In this document: piece by piece, positions 40,514 through 54,660 of the stretch
Layout: each line of letters opens with the position of its first letter
Position numbering within the stretch: the first letter of the stretch is position 1
Source: Octopus vulgaris
Taxonomy: Eukaryota
NCBI GenBank assembly: GCA_951406725.2
Contig: OX597826.1
Span: 43,090,001 to 43,154,000, forward strand
Reading direction: 5' to 3'
Length of the DNA: 64,000 nt
Program-made: the position numbers and the translations under genes
Notes under the pieces: generated by a model
The model's database searches: none
Told to the model about the DNA's origin: nothing
The model's input: the letters and a program-made list of their open reading frames with translations, nothing else

Positions 40514-40728
40514 ACAAGGCGGCGAGCTGGCAGAAATGTTAGCACGCTGGGCAAAATGCGTAGCCGTATTTCGTCTGCCGTTACGTTCTGAGTTCAAATT
40601 CCGCTGAGGTCGACTTTGCCTTTCATCCTTTCGGGGTCGATAAATTAAGTAGCAGTTACGCACTGGGGTCGATATCTGTCCTTGTTTGTCCCCTCTGTGT
40701 TTAGCCCCTTGTGGGTGGTAAAGAAATA
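40514..40728 (+). mobile_element. Family B SINE nested in a family A remnant, 13-bp TSD
   Basis: TSD attactatagcct at 40501-40513 and 40729-40741. Confidence 0.85.
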
Positions 40729-42919
40729 ATTACTATAGCCTGGACTGACTGATGTCTTGAGAGTGAATTTGGTGGATGGAAACTGCACTAAATTCCATTG
40801 TCCACACACACACACACACACACACACATGGAACAAGAATAAAAAAACATGGCAGGTTGAAAACAAAGAAACAGGGTACAGTAGGTTTACACTCAAGATA
40901 TGTTTTGGGTATACATTCTTTCTTCTACAGAAACAATAAAGTGAGACAAAATTGGAGACAGTGAAGGACAAACATGTCTCAAACAGACAGTCACTACATG
41001 TTGAAATGACCAGAAAAGGGTGCTACAGAGACCCTCTCAAAGTATTGGTTGGTCCAAGGCTATGGCAGAGGACACTTGTCCAAGGTGCAGTGCAATGGGA
41101 TTGAACTTGAGTGAATTCCATATCTGCAGAGCCATGCCCATACCCAACTTTTTTTTGGGGGGGGTAGCTGAAGGATAAGCAGGTGGGAGAGGATAATGAC
41201 CATTGCCTTTCAGCCCCTCCAAGACTTAGATACAGGTGTAACTAGAAGAGATTAGATTAATTTGAACACATATTGGTTAGTAATTAATCATCATCATTGT
41301 CGTCGTTTCGATGCTAGCATAGGTTGGACGGTTTGACTGTGGGCTGGCGAACCAGATGGCTGCACCAGGCTCCAGTCTTGATCTGGCAGAGTTTCTACAG
41401 CTGGATGCCCTTCCTAACGCCAACCATTCCGAGAGTGTAGTGGGTGCTTTTACGTACCACCGGCATGGGAGCCAGTCAGGTGGTACTGGCAAAGGCCTCG
41501 CTCAAATTTTTTTACACATGCCAACGGCACAGGTGCCAGTAAGGTGATGCTGGTAACGATCCCGCTCGAATGGTGCCTCCTACATGCCTACATACATGAA
41601 AAAAAAAATATTTGGCACAGATAAAATTCTGGGGGGATGCAACTCTATGGTGGGAAATAGAATTAGGTGAAACATTTAATTTGAACTCATTTGAGTAAAT
41701 GAGATAGAGTAAGGCTGACAGAAAAGAGTAGATGCACTGAATGCCTTTAGAGAAAGCAATATAAGGTAAACAGAGACCATTAAAGAATTAGTACAACAGA
41801 CAGTTTGAGGATGCAGACCAATGTTGAGTCAGCAGTTAGGAAGTATAAATAAGTTTTCTGTTTAATGGAGACACTGGTTCAGGTGTGTAAACAGTACTCT
41901 AGTGTAGGATAAAGTTTCATCTTGTATAAAAAAGTTAGTTGGTTTTCAGTGCCAAAATATTTTCTGATTTGGGGGAAATAAATTGAGACATTTTAATCCA
42001 GTCTTTGGTATGTGAAGAATGTGTAGCTGCCTTGAAAACTTTTCAAAATCTGTAATGCCAAGTGTTTAGAAAAGGTGAGGATTTTACCAACCATCCTAAG
42101 ACTTTTCTTGGTTCCATGATTTAAACTTCACGTTTTTTACCCTTTGGTTACTAAACTGTTGTTGAAATACACTAATATTGTTTAAAATAGTTTAGTAAAA
42201 TGGCTGCCATTATCAAGCTGGTGTTTGGGACATAGTTTAATATTAAATTTTGATAACTTTTAAACAGGAATTCATATTATAGGACCAAGGCACAGTTCCA
42301 GGAAGGATGGTATCAAAAATTTAAAGTGATCTAAATTAAAAGCTTTCATCATATAGGCGCAGGAGTGGCTGTGTAGTAAGTAGCTTGCTTACCAACCACA
42401 TGGTTCTGGGTTCAATCCCACTGCGTGGCACCTTGGGCAAGTGTCTTCAACTATAGCCTCGGGCCAACAAAAGCCTTGTGAGTGGATTTGGTGGACGGAA
42501 CTGAAAGAAGCCCATCATATAGCACCAGGTGGTGCTATTAAGTTAGACATGGCCTGGGCCAATAATGGCTGAAACCTATCAAAGTATCAAAGTATATATA
42601 TATATGTATGTGTGTGTGTGTGTGTTCACATCCCCCTAACTTAGCGGCTTGGCAAACGAGACCGATAGAATAAGTACCAGGCTTACAAAGAATAAGTACT
42701 GGGGTCAATTTGTTCGACTAAAGGCGGTGCTCCAGCATGTCCACAGTCAAATTACAAACAAATAAAAGAATAAAAGAATCTAAGTTTTGTGTAAATTTAT
42801 GTTCCAAAATACCAACTTCATAATGACAAAATTATTTTACAAAATTCATCAACCATTTTCAAAATTAATTGAAATAAAAGGAGTGTATTTTAGTAGAAAT
42901 ATGGTAAGTAATGGGTTAA

Positions 42920-43130
42920 TAAAAGTAAATTCAATGTCATGGATATGTTTTCCCTGTTAAGATGTTTAGTGTTTGTCATTTTGGTGCTGTTGAAGCAAAC
43001 TTGTTTGTTAAGTCTCCACAGTAGGATGTCTTCTTGAAAATATGTAGAGTTTGTGTGTGAACAAGAACTGATGACAGATAGTGAAGGAGTGTTGAGTGCT
43101 GTCAATTTGTCCGATGAACAGGTAAGAATG
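42920..43130 (-). pseudogene. Dynein-like exon remnant, AAA2 Walker B region
   Basis: YLFIGQIDS, frameshift, then LNKQVCFNSTKM; resembles WIVFDGPVD...DNKKLCLNSGEI. Confidence 0.45.
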
Positions 43131-43392
43131 TGTGTGTATGTGTGTGTGTGTAATATGCGTGTGTGTGTGTGTGTGTGTGTGTGCTTGGTGAGTAGGCGTG
43201 TGTTGATTGATGAGCAGAAAATAGTGAATAGATAGGTGACATGAAGAATGTGTGTAAAGTGTTACCAAAATGTTAATACATAACCACGCCAAATCATGTT
43301 TCCAACAATTGTTTGTTTATTTTAAAATCTAAGCCACCCAACTCTACAATTTTTTTTTTCTCTAATGGAATGAATCTTTCTTTAGCTTATAC

Positions 43393-43522
43393 CTCCTTCA
43401 ACTAAACACTTTGTTATTCGAATGTTCTGTGATGTCATAAGCACCATTCGGAAAAGCCAAATCAATGAATCACTCCATGTTGTAAGGTCTACCGAGAAGG
43501 TGACTCAGCTGGTTACCGAACA
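43393..43522 (-). pseudogene. Dynein-like exon remnant, AAA2
   Basis: VLFGNQLSHLLG, frameshift, then VDLTTWSDSLIWLFR; resembles VLNPKAIT.GQLYG.FD..T.EWSDGIL...FR. Bounded by AG and GT. Confidence 0.6.
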
Positions 43523-43541
43523 ATACAAAAACCTTGAGATT

Positions 43542-43589
<48 letters not shown>

Positions 43590-44944
43590 ATAAATTCTTT
43601 TATTCTTTTTACTTATTTCAATCATTAGACTTTGGCCATGCTAGTGCACACTGATTTGAAGGGTTTCATCAAACAAATTGATTCTGGTACGTAGTTTGTA
43701 AGACTGTATAGGGTGGCGAACTGGCAGAAGCGTTTGCACGCCGAGCGAAATGCTTAGCGGTATTTCGTCTGCCGTTACGTTCTGAGTTCAAATTTCGCCG
43801 AGGTCGACTTTGCCTTTCATCCTTTCGGGGTCGATAAATTAAGTACCAGTTACGCACTGGGGTCGATATAATCGACTTAATCCGTTTGTGTGTCCTTATT
43901 TGTCCTCTGTGTTTAGCCCCTTGTGGGTAGTAAAGAAATATGTATAGCAAAACTACTAAATTGCAGAGATGTAAACAAACCAATACCAGTTGCCAAGTGG
44001 TGGTGGTGGTGGGGTGGGGGAGGGGGCACAAACAGAAATTTAAAGATACAGACAAACAACACTTGTATTAATCTCACCAGTCTTTAAGGGGTTACAAAAT
44101 CATGGGAACTGTCCCATCTTCTCTAATTATATAATAATAAAAAAAAACTCAGAAAAAGAGGTTTGGTTTACATATACCGAGAGGCTGTAATAAAGTCAAT
44201 AGTGATTGCAAGCAGGGTAAGTTGAAGGTATGATGGTTTTTTTATTGTCTGGGATTCACTGAATGGAATTTGGACATTTGGCATAGCTATCAAACATACA
44301 TGTCTTTTTTTTTTGTTTTTTTTTTTGCTTTAGTGTATAATTCAGGTAATATTACATCTGATGATGTAAAGTAAGATATATATATATATATGATAAGCAC
44401 TTGGGTTGACTAGCTGCCTAAAACTCCAATGTGAACTGTAGCTAAAAGCAGGGATGTCAAGCTGCCTAGTGACAATGGGTTACAGGCAGTTTTTCAATTG
44501 AGCAGGTGCATATATAATAGAATAAAGGTGCAAACAGGTGAACAAATGGTATCGAGTTAGATTATGACATTTATATATTTAACCGTTTAGCATTTAAATT
44601 GGCCATATCTGGCCCAAATATTCTATCTGCTTTATGTTCAAACTGATCGGATCTGACCTCTCACACATACCCTACAATGTCATTTCAAACAATCACATTA
44701 TTGAAATCTAGAAGCTATGAGATAATGCATGATTAACTCAAATTAATGTGATTAAATAACATTACATTTGACTGAGTAATCAGATTGATTGCTATAGGGT
44801 TAAAAACATGTGAGTTGAATTGTTATATGAGTATAAATCATAAGGAAGAACTAAGTAAGATGGTGAGCAAATAGGCCTTTACAGCTGTTTAGAGAATAGA
44901 TGTACAGGGTGCATTTTCCTATAAATGATTAGGAATGAACTTTC

Positions 44945-45558
44945 TTGTCTGCTCTAGGCACAAGGCTCGAAATTCTTTGGGAGAGGGCCAGCCGATTAGA
45001 TCGACCCCAGTGCGCAACTGGTACTTAATTTATTGACTCCAAAAGGATGAAAGGCAAAGTCGACCTCGGTGGAATTTGAACTCAGAACGTAAAGACAAAC
45101 AAAATACTACCAAGTATTTCACCCAGCATGCTAACGTTTCTTATTTCTTTATTGCCCACAAGGGGTCTACACACAGACAGGACAAACAAGGACAGACAAA
45201 CAGAGTAACTGGATTACATCAACTCCAGTGTGCAACTGGTACTTAATTTATTGATCCCAAAAGGACGAAAGGCAAAGTCGACCTCGGCAGAATTAGAACT
45301 CAGAACATAGCGGTAGACGAAATACCTATTTCTTTACTACCCACAAGGGGCTAAACACAGAGAGGACAAACAAGGACAGACAAAGGGATTAAGTCGATTA
45401 TATCGAGTCCAGTGCGTAACTGGTACTTATTTAATCGACCCCGAAAGGATGAAAGGCAAAGTCAACCTCGGCGGAATTTGAACTCAGAACGTAGCGGCAG
45501 ACGAAATACCGCTAAGCATTTCGCCAAGCGTGCTAACGTTTCTGCCTGCTCACCACCT
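44945..45558 (-). mobile_element. Head-to-tail trimer of family B SINEs
   Basis: Three repeats of the gaaaggcaaagtcgacctcgg core. Confidence 0.85.
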
Positions 45559-45809
45559 TGAATGACTATTGAGATAGCAATTTATGCGAACCACATGAGA
45601 GAGAAATGTTTTTAAATTGATAGTGCAGCAGTATTATTATTACTCAGTGTGCTAAAGTGTCTTGATATTTGTAACGACTGGATATGTAGTTACTGTTGTG
45701 ATGAAGTAGAATGCAGACATAGACGATGTTCCACACACACATGTCAATGGTTCTTGAAGAGTGTGCGAATGTGAGTGTGTGTGTGTTCTCTATTGCTGCT
45801 GTTTACACT

Positions 45810-45986
45810 TGTTTGCGAGTTGAAACTGCAGCCATAGAATATAACAATGTTAAATAGAGAACAAATACCATCAACAAAAGGATCTGTCAATAAAATACTA
45901 ATTTGGCTTCAATGTGCTGCTTGTTTTACCAAACTTCTTTCCATAAAGTATCAGAGATTTGAACAAGAACTTTGTATTAATATCAA
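45810..45986 (-). pseudogene. Dynein-like exon remnant, AAA2 P-loop
   Basis: Acceptor tttcag, then DINTKFLFKSLILYGKKFGKTSSTL, resembling RHGLMLVGPTGSGKT. The P-loop is one residue short and a stop follows. Confidence 0.5.
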
Positions 45987-46015
45987 CTGAAATATCTTGT
46001 TCTTAAGAAAGAAAA

Positions 46016-46111
<96 letters not shown>

Positions 46112-48299
46112 GCTGATATGTGGGTTGGCTGGTTGGTTGATTTCTCTTACAGAATGAAAGAGAGATTGAGAGTTAACATAAGAAGTAGGCAATGGCTAAA
46201 GGAATGCCACACACATACACAGAGTGAGAGAGAATGAATCAGAGAGAGGGGGAGATGAGAGGGGAGGAGAAAGAGAGAAGAAAGAAGAGAAAGAAGGGAG
46301 GAGAGAAAGAGGAGAGAGAGAATAACTGACAGAGTATTTATGGGAGGAGTTATACACATGAAAAATAAGAACTTCTCCATAAACGAATTACAACAGTGAA
46401 TAGTATATTCACAACCAAATCTATTGGAACATTAAGAATGAATAAGTATGTTATCATAGTGTTTAAATTTTATTTTAAAGTAATAAACATTTTTCTTTTT
46501 AAAATTAGTATTCATTTAATTATCTTGAATAAGTTCCAAGAAATTTGACGAAAGTTAAATCATAATTATTGTATGTATGCATACCATATTTCCTGATATT
46601 ACCCAAGGTGGCAAAAACATACTTTCAAAAACAACCATCATATGGTAGGTAATACTCTAGGAATATATATCTTACAGGAATATGAAGCCTCAATTTTTAA
46701 GAGAAAGTTGTTGCATTCCTGCCTTTTCTAGGTAATTTTTTTATTACCAGATTCCAACATGAGCCATGTGGAGGCACATGGCTTAGTGGTTAAGATGTTG
46801 AACTCATGATCGTAAGGTTGTGGTTTCGATTCCTGGATCAAGTGATGCGTTGTGTTCTTGAGCAAAACATTTCATTTCACCTTGCTCCAGTCCACTCAGC
46901 TGGCAAAAATGAGTAATCCTGCGACGGACTGGTGTCCTGTCCAGGTGGGGAATTTCTACGCCACTGAAACCGGCCCTTATATGACTGGCATGGCTTGAGA
47001 AGGAACATTTTTTTTTTTAACCTGAGCCACAGCAAGAAAGTCCACTCACCACACCTTTTGGTCCTACATCACTACCACGAGGACCTGGATCAAGATGTCG
47101 ATGTGTGATGATACTTTCTTCTTCTTTATACCACCATAAAGTGAGCTTCACAAGACTAAGTTGGATCCTTCCAGTTCAGGGTGGCACACACAGTGACCAG
47201 ATAGCTGCAGCCAGGTCATTTGTAGTTTAAAGTGATTCTAATTAAAAATAATGATACTGAGGTGATTTCTTGATTTTGTCATAAGGCAAATGGAATTAAG
47301 TGCTATATCCAGAATCAGAACATAATTTCTGTGCTGGGAGTGTGATCAATGGAATTAACCCTTGTTATACTGCAAGTACTTTATTGATCTCAGAAGGACA
47401 AACACAAAGTTGAAACCCTAGTAGGATCTGGACCACAGATTGTAAATGAACATATAAATATAGCAAGGTGCTCTTTTTTTTTTTTTTCTTTTACAAAGTT
47501 CTATCATTTCCTCCATCTAACACTGCCTAGGGAAAAGTACAATTTTGTGTTCAGCAAGAATCCTGAGAAAAATTCTTGAAATTCAAGGAGACTTGTAATA
47601 ACCGAACCTCAAGACAACATCCCTGCTCACTAAGATAATATGTAATAGCCAAAAAAGAATGATAATAATAACACTTTCTACTATAGGCACAAGGCCCGAA
47701 ATTTTGGGGGAGGGGTAGTTGATTCAAATCGACCTCAGTACTCAACTGGTACTCGGTTTATTGACCCTGAAAAGATGAAAGGCAAAGTCAACCTTGGCAG
47801 AATTTGAACTCTGATTGTAAAGACGCATGAAATTCTGCTAAGCCTCTTGCCCGGCATGCTAACACTTCTGTCAGCTTGGCACCTTAAGAATAATGATAAC
47901 AATCCTTTCTACTATAGGCATAAAGGCAGCAATTTTTAGGGGGTGGGGGAAGTTGATTATATTGACTCCTGTGTTTAACTGGTACTTATTTCAATGATCC
48001 CAAAATGATGAAAGGCAAAGTTGACCTTGGCTGCATTTGAACTCAGAATGTGAAGAGCCAGAAGAAATATCACAATGTACTTTGTCTGATGCGCTAATGA
48101 TTCTACCAGCTTGCTGCCTCAATAATAACAACACGAAGAAACTGACAAAGAGTGTAACAGGAAAATGGAATCGATTCTGTTAAATACCTATGTAATATTA
48201 AGATCAATAGTGGATTTTTCCTCCACTCTTGCTTCATGGGATTTGCAGGATACCAGCCATATTGTTACATAGAGTAAAGAAGGCATAAGTTACGAAAGA

Positions 48300-49030
48300 G
48301 AAATGGCATACAATGAAAAAAAAAAAAAGAAAAAAAAAATCGATATTCTATTTATGGATGATTTGAAGTTATTTGTAATGAACGTAGATCAAATAGACGC
48401 CTTAGTTCAAACAGTACAACGGTGGGGTTTAGTGAAGACACTGGGTGGGTTGGTATTTGAGATTAAACTGTGGAGGCTTGGTAACAAATAAGGAGAAATA
48501 GTGGAAAGTAATGGGATAAAAACAGAAAGGCAAGTAAATAAAACAGGTAAGTAGGCAGAAAGAGCTAAAAATACTCAGAAGTGATAGAATGGGATTAGCA
48601 TGAAGAAAGTATTTAGACAAGATATACATAAAAAAACAAAAAACAAAAAAAAATCCTAAATCTAAAATAAATAGTAAGGATTTAACTTTGGCCATAAACA
48701 CATGCCAATTCTGTTTTGGGGGGAGGGGGATAGAAGAGAGAAATCTTAAAGAAAAAAAAGTAAAACAACAAGTTATATTTTGGATAAGAATATCCCAAAA
48801 AGCAATGCTTGATGAATTCATATAACCTGTCTGTGTAAAAGGAAAGGAAAAGACAAATTTATTGTGAAGAGTGCATACAAATAGAGCAAGGAGAACAGTG
48901 TTGTATGATGTAAAAAGTAAGCCATCACTTGCGAACGAGAAGGTATGGTTTGCTTTTGCTAATTGCGTCACAAGTCAGGAGCTTGTGCAGTACTTGTGAG
49001 CAGACGTAGACAATGTTTTGCAACCTTAAC
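48300..49030 (+). mobile_element. Decayed R4/Dong-like non-LTR retrotransposon RT fragment
   Basis: ILFMDDLKLFVMNVDQIDALVQTV (YMDDLKLY-type RT core), then KSKINSKDLTLAINT. A separate SARILRKILEI C-terminal motif lies at about 47550-47585. Confidence 0.7.
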
Positions 49031-49941
49031 CCAAACCAGTGGCACATCCTGGTTTCCATCAACCAAATCCACTTACAAGGCTTTGGCCAGACTGGGGCTA
49101 TAATAGAAAACACTTTGCCCAAGGTGCCATACAATGGGATTGACCCCCTAAACTGCATGATTGGAAAGCAAAACTTAACCCCACAGCCTATTTCTTTACT
49201 ACCCACAAGGGGCTAAACACAGAGAGGACAAACAAGGACAGACAAACGGATTAAGTTGATTGTATCGACCCAAGTGCATAACTGGTACTTATTTAATCGA
49301 CCCCGAAAGGTTGAAAGGCAAAGTCGACCTCGGTGGAATTTGAACTCAGAACGTAACGGCAAAGGAAATACGGCTACGCATTTGCCCAGCGTGCTAACGT
49401 TTCTGCCAGCTCACCGCCTTAACCCCACAGCCATGCTTGTGTTCACGCATGCATGTGTGTATTTATTCATTCTTATACAGCATGAATTGTTTGAAGTGAA
49501 GAGTTCCAAAGGTGACAAACCGAAAATGATATAGATTTTTTTTCTTTATTCAGGGAAATTAGGGTCATTGGGTAAAAAGAAAAAAACCCCTAACGGTTGA
49601 GCTTTTAGTAAGGAATTTGGGCTTATCTGAAAAATGGTCCAGGATAAAACTAACATATTTAATAGCATATATATATATATATATGTGTGGAGGCGCAATG
49701 GCCCAGTGGTTAGGGCAGCAGACTCGCGGTCGTAGGATCGCGGTTTCGATTCCCAAGCCGGGCATTGTATTTATTGAGCAAAAACACCTAAAAGCTCCAC
49801 GACGCTCCAGCAGGAGGGGGGGGGGGATCCCTGCTGTACTCTTTCTTCTGTTGGCCAGCGGAGTGGCTTCATTCAAAGGCTAAAACAATGCGAATGCATT
49901 GTGACCAGCGATGTGTAACAACATCTGATGGTCAGGTCGGT

Positions 49942-49988
<47 letters not shown>

Positions 49989-51410
49989 CATACACACACA
50001 CACAACAGATTTCAATGTATAATAGTCAGATGAGGCTGTATGGCATAACAAGATTTGCACAATAGTAGATCTGTATATCTGAGGAACTTAGTCTTGCAAG
50101 CCACATGACAATCTCACTGATGTTGTAGGTACAAAAAGCAACCTGTACACTCTGTAAAGTGATATCTAGAAAGTCTTCCAGCCACAGAGACCATTCCAGG
50201 GCAGATGATGTTAGAGCATAACCATTGTGGTCTGATCCATCAGATCCTATTTAGCTATCCAACTCATTTCAGCATAGAAGACACAGACATTAAAGCATGA
50301 TGATGATGATGTTGTGGATATATTTGTGTGTATGAGTGTGTGTGTGTGTGTGTATAAGCACACACACACACACATATATATATAAAGACTTCTGAATCCC
50401 TGTTATGTAGAATATGTTGAGAAAGAGTGAAAGCATAAATATAATTGATGAAAATTATGCAGGAAACTGGCCAAGGAGGAGCACAGGAGAAGATACAGTG
50501 TAGTTATCTATTATAATCAGTGTGGAATGGAACGGAATGGAATGTATGATTTCTAAAGAAAAAAGAGAAATGGTATTGTGGTGTAACTGAGAATGGAGAA
50601 GTTGAGAAAATTCCAACCCACCCTTCCATAAGCAAATAGAAACCAGATATTGTTTGAGAGTGTGAAATAAAAATGAGAAGGGTTATTAGGATTGAGATGA
50701 GGATACTGGAAAAATGTTGAAATGCAGCACAAGGCTGCAAGTATGGAAAAGAAATCATACTTGTAAATACCACTAGTGATGGTATGCATGTTTCCGGTGT
50801 TGCTTGGAAATAATTCTGAGATTATAGTCCCCAGAGAGACAGCAAAAACAGACAGTATCAGATGATTTATTCTGAATATCATCAAATGATATATAAATAA
50901 TTTGACTGAGATCATGGGTGGTTCAGACTGCATCTAATTTTTATCAGATGCAACTATCAAGATTGCCTCTTTTAGTTGTTGCATCCATATATATTCTAAT
51001 CATCACCACCAGCATCTACTTTTTCATCCTTCCATGGGTCAGACTGAACTTGTTGAGGCAGACTTTTTACAGCTGGATTCTCTCCCTGTCACCAACCCTC
51101 ATCTGTTTTCAAGCAAGGTGATATTTTCCCCTATGGCCAGAAATGTTTTTCAGGGGAGACATTGTATGATGGTGACAATTACTTACAACAAACAAGTGAT
51201 GCCAAGACGAGGGAACTCGAACACACATGACAGATTTCTTTCGTTTCTGTCTATCGATTCATTCATAAAGTTTTGCTTGGCCCAGGAGTATTGTAGAAGG
51301 CATTTTGCATAAGGATCCAGACAGTGGAAATGAACCAGGAATCATGTATTTGAGAGGTGAATTTCATAACCACACAGCAACTACACCTAACATATATATA
51401 CACATACATT

Positions 51411-51457
<47 letters not shown>

Positions 51458-53252
51458 CTTCATATGGTTTGTAATCTTCTTAATGGTACGATTTTTACTG
51501 CAGTAGACAAATGATATATGTTCTATTAGACAAGGTGAAGCAAGGTTACAGTGTGACATAAGGTTTCAGACGATGCAATGTAAAAGCTCCAGACAAGTTG
51601 ATGTAAGACTTCAGACAAGATGATATATGACTTTCAGACATGGATGGTAAACTTAATCCATCACTCAGCTTAACACCACCATCTGGAACCTTGGTTGTCT
51701 ATAGCAGTACATATGCCATTACAATCATTTGGTGCTTTGGTCTCGTTTTTGAGGATATCTTCTTACCTCATTCTCACTGATCTCAAAGGATCAGCAAAGG
51801 GTCGTGAGCACTGCTTCCCTTCTTGATTATAAGATAAAAACACAGGGCTTCAGAGGATGTAAGGCAAAGGTTTATATAAGGAGATGCTAGAGCCCAGACA
51901 AGGTGATGCTTGGTTCTAGTTAGGGTGGCACCAAGTGCCAGACAAAACAATATAAGGCCAGACATATAAACTCATGTGCCACCAAAACATGGCCACAAAG
52001 AGAGACTACTACAAGACAGAAAATCAACAAATAATGAAGTTAGTTTTCTACAATTTCAGTTTTGTAATAACTGTTTTATTTTAGTCACAATTATTTCTAA
52101 CATCTACACAATAGACGCAGGAGTGGTTGTGTGGTAAGTAGCTTGCTAACCAACCACATGGTTCCGGGTTCAGTCCCACTGCGTGGCATCTTGGGCAAGT
52201 GTCTTCTGTTATAGCCCCGGGCTGACCAATGCCTTGTGAGTGGATTTGGTAGACGGAAACTGAAAGAAGCCTGTTGTATATATATATATATGTATGTGTG
52301 TTTGTTCCCCTAGCATTGCTTGACAACCGATGCTGGTGTGGTTATGTCCCCGTTACTTAGCAGTTCGGCAAAAAGAGACCCATAGAATAAGTACTGGGCT
52401 TACAAAAAGAATAAGTCCCGGGGTCGAGTTGCTCGACTAAAGGCGGTGCTCCAGCATGGCCGCAGTCAAATGACTGAAACAAGTAAAAGAGTAAAAGAAT
52501 ATTTTAGATTTGTGGGGACAGAGGTATGATTTTAATGTGCAATACAAAAAAACCCAGTTCCAATATAGTTTTAAATAAGGCCTTGAAGTAAGGTTATGGA
52601 CTCAGTCTGCAAAAACATAACTATTGCACCAAGGTGGTTCCTATTGGAATTATAGATTTTATGTCATGCAGTTAGCTATTCAACCATTTTGTTGCTGTGT
52701 TTCAATTCAAATAACAGTTTAAGTTAATTTTGAAAATGATAAAGAATTTAATAAAATAGCTTTGTCATTATTAAGCTAGGGATCTGGAACATAAATTAAC
52801 ATGGAATTTTGATGGAAAGTTTGGGTGAAAGAATCAGGGCTGGTCTCGGGCAGGTTGGTATCAAAAACAGAAATAGTTTCAAATGAAAGGTCATTTACTA
52901 AAAAGATTGTTGCATTTTTCTTCAAATGGATTTCCAGTTTAGAGAATAAAAAAAAAGTAAGATGTAGAAACCTGTGACTAAGTCCATTACACTAGACATA
53001 CATAGTCAAATATAATTCCAACACAACACTAAATATATGCATAAATATAGAATTATGTTAATATAACATACATACACACCTGAAGATTGTGTAAATAATA
53101 GAGAAGTAATGAAATATGATAGATTGTATACATACACACACACACACACACATATATATATAAAGTTGATCCAAACATGAAAACACAACAACGCGAGGAT
53201 GTGGAACAAGTATAGTATTATTGGACGCTCAGGAAGGAAGAGAAGAAGGAGG

Positions 53253-53287
53253 GTTTTACGTTTCGAGCGGAGCTCTTCGTCAGAAAC
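53253..53287 (-). ncRNA. Minimal type I hammerhead ribozyme
   Basis: GUUU-CUGACGA-A-GAGC(UCC)GCUC-GAAA-CGUA^AAAC: intact core, stem I GUUU/AAAC, stem II GAGC/GCUC, palindromic ACGU stem III. Confidence 0.75.
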
Positions 53288-53496
53288 ATAGGAAAAGGAA
53301 AGATCCAGAGAAGGGAAGACGGAGGAAAAAAAAAAAAAAAAAATCGCCAACAGTACATACACGGTCACATTTTGAATCATATATATATATACTAGAGTAA
53401 GTACATAAATGTGAAACAAGGTGGAAAAAAAAAGTACTCAAATACCAGAGGTAGAGTAATATGCTTTATTTAAAAGCAGCAGAAATATAACAAAAG

Positions 53497-53534
53497 CTGT
53501 TACTCAGAATTTCACGTTCCCGTTTGTCAGACAG
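53497..53534 (-). ncRNA. Second, mutated hammerhead ribozyme motif
   Basis: CUGU-CUGACAA-ACG(GGAA)CGU-GAAA-UUC(U)GAGUA^ACAG; core G8 changed to A, so likely inactive. Confidence 0.55.
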
Positions 53535-53901
53535 TTTATATATATATATATACACACCAAAATCTCAAGAGGTATAGGAGGTGAATATATATTTATCTAA
53601 CACATGACTTCCATAGGGTTACAGTTGTTTCACAAACTTCTTAATGTAGTATTAATTTCAACTGCATAATTCTCTAAATCCACATCTTATACAACTCATT
53701 TATATCTATATGTGTGTGTGTGTGTGTTGTCCAACCCATCCCAGCATGGAAGATAGTCTCCATCTACCCAATTTCCTCCAAAACTTGTAATAAAGGACAC
53801 TTTCATTAGATGTGGGATGGAACTCAGAATCTTGTGAATGAGCAGCAAACACCTTAACCATTCGGCCATATTGCAGGTCTCTCTCTCTCTCCACACCATG
53901 C

Positions 53902-53955
<54 letters not shown>

Positions 53956-54489
53956 TATATATGTAATTAAGAAATTGTTATCTATTTTGCTCACTCTCTT
54001 TATATACATATATCTGTTTTATGTTTACTTATCTAATCTATCTATCTACACACACACACACGCAAATAGATAATAATTTCTTAATTACATGCCATAACGT
54101 AGATCGTATGAATTAATTCCATATAAGAATACATAGTTCTAACATTGCTCTGAAATTTCTCTTCAGAATTTGGTGAACATGCCTTAGAGCTGAGAATTAA
54201 ATACATATGCATGATGACATTCGTATTTTTCCAAAACAAATTAAAAACAACAACAACAATAATAATAATAATGTTAAATGAGTAGGAGACCTTAGTAAAG
54301 TAGTGTTACCGAACTCTTGACCTGACATACACAGGCCAGAGGGGACGGGGGTTCAATAAGTTATTGAATTAACAACTAAAGTGGAAGCAGCAATTATAAT
54401 TAGGCATTGTTGTGAAGCAGTCACAGATATGTTTTTGCATTAGCTTGTTTCTCAATGCCATATAATTATATTTCATTCATGAGAAACAC

Positions 54490-54660
54490 TATTTAATCAT
54501 AAAGCAGGTAAGCATAAATTGCTTATCAATATAATCTTGATCTGAATGGTATATTTTGAGATATTTTGCAATAGTTTTCGATAACTCATCAGCAAAATAG
54601 CTTCCGAGAGCGTCGTTAGTGATAAAAAAACAAAAATATCTCTAATGAAGTCTTATTAGC
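54490..54660 (-). pseudogene. Dynein-like exon remnant between AAA1 and AAA2
   Basis: DFIRDIF, then after a frameshift DELSKTIAKYLKIYHSDQDYIDK; resembles GLISDLFP...L..AI.......LQ....FIEK. Confidence 0.4.

Larger units (their letters stand above)
53160..53540 (-). mobile_element. Penelope-like element terminal-repeat remnant
   Basis: Contains two minimal hammerhead motifs and is flanked by (AT)n; the family assignment is inferred from the hammerheads. Confidence 0.6.

Noticed and set aside
49689-49765. tRNA gene
   Set aside because: tRNA-like head continues into a SINE body that has other copies; the same holds for families A and D
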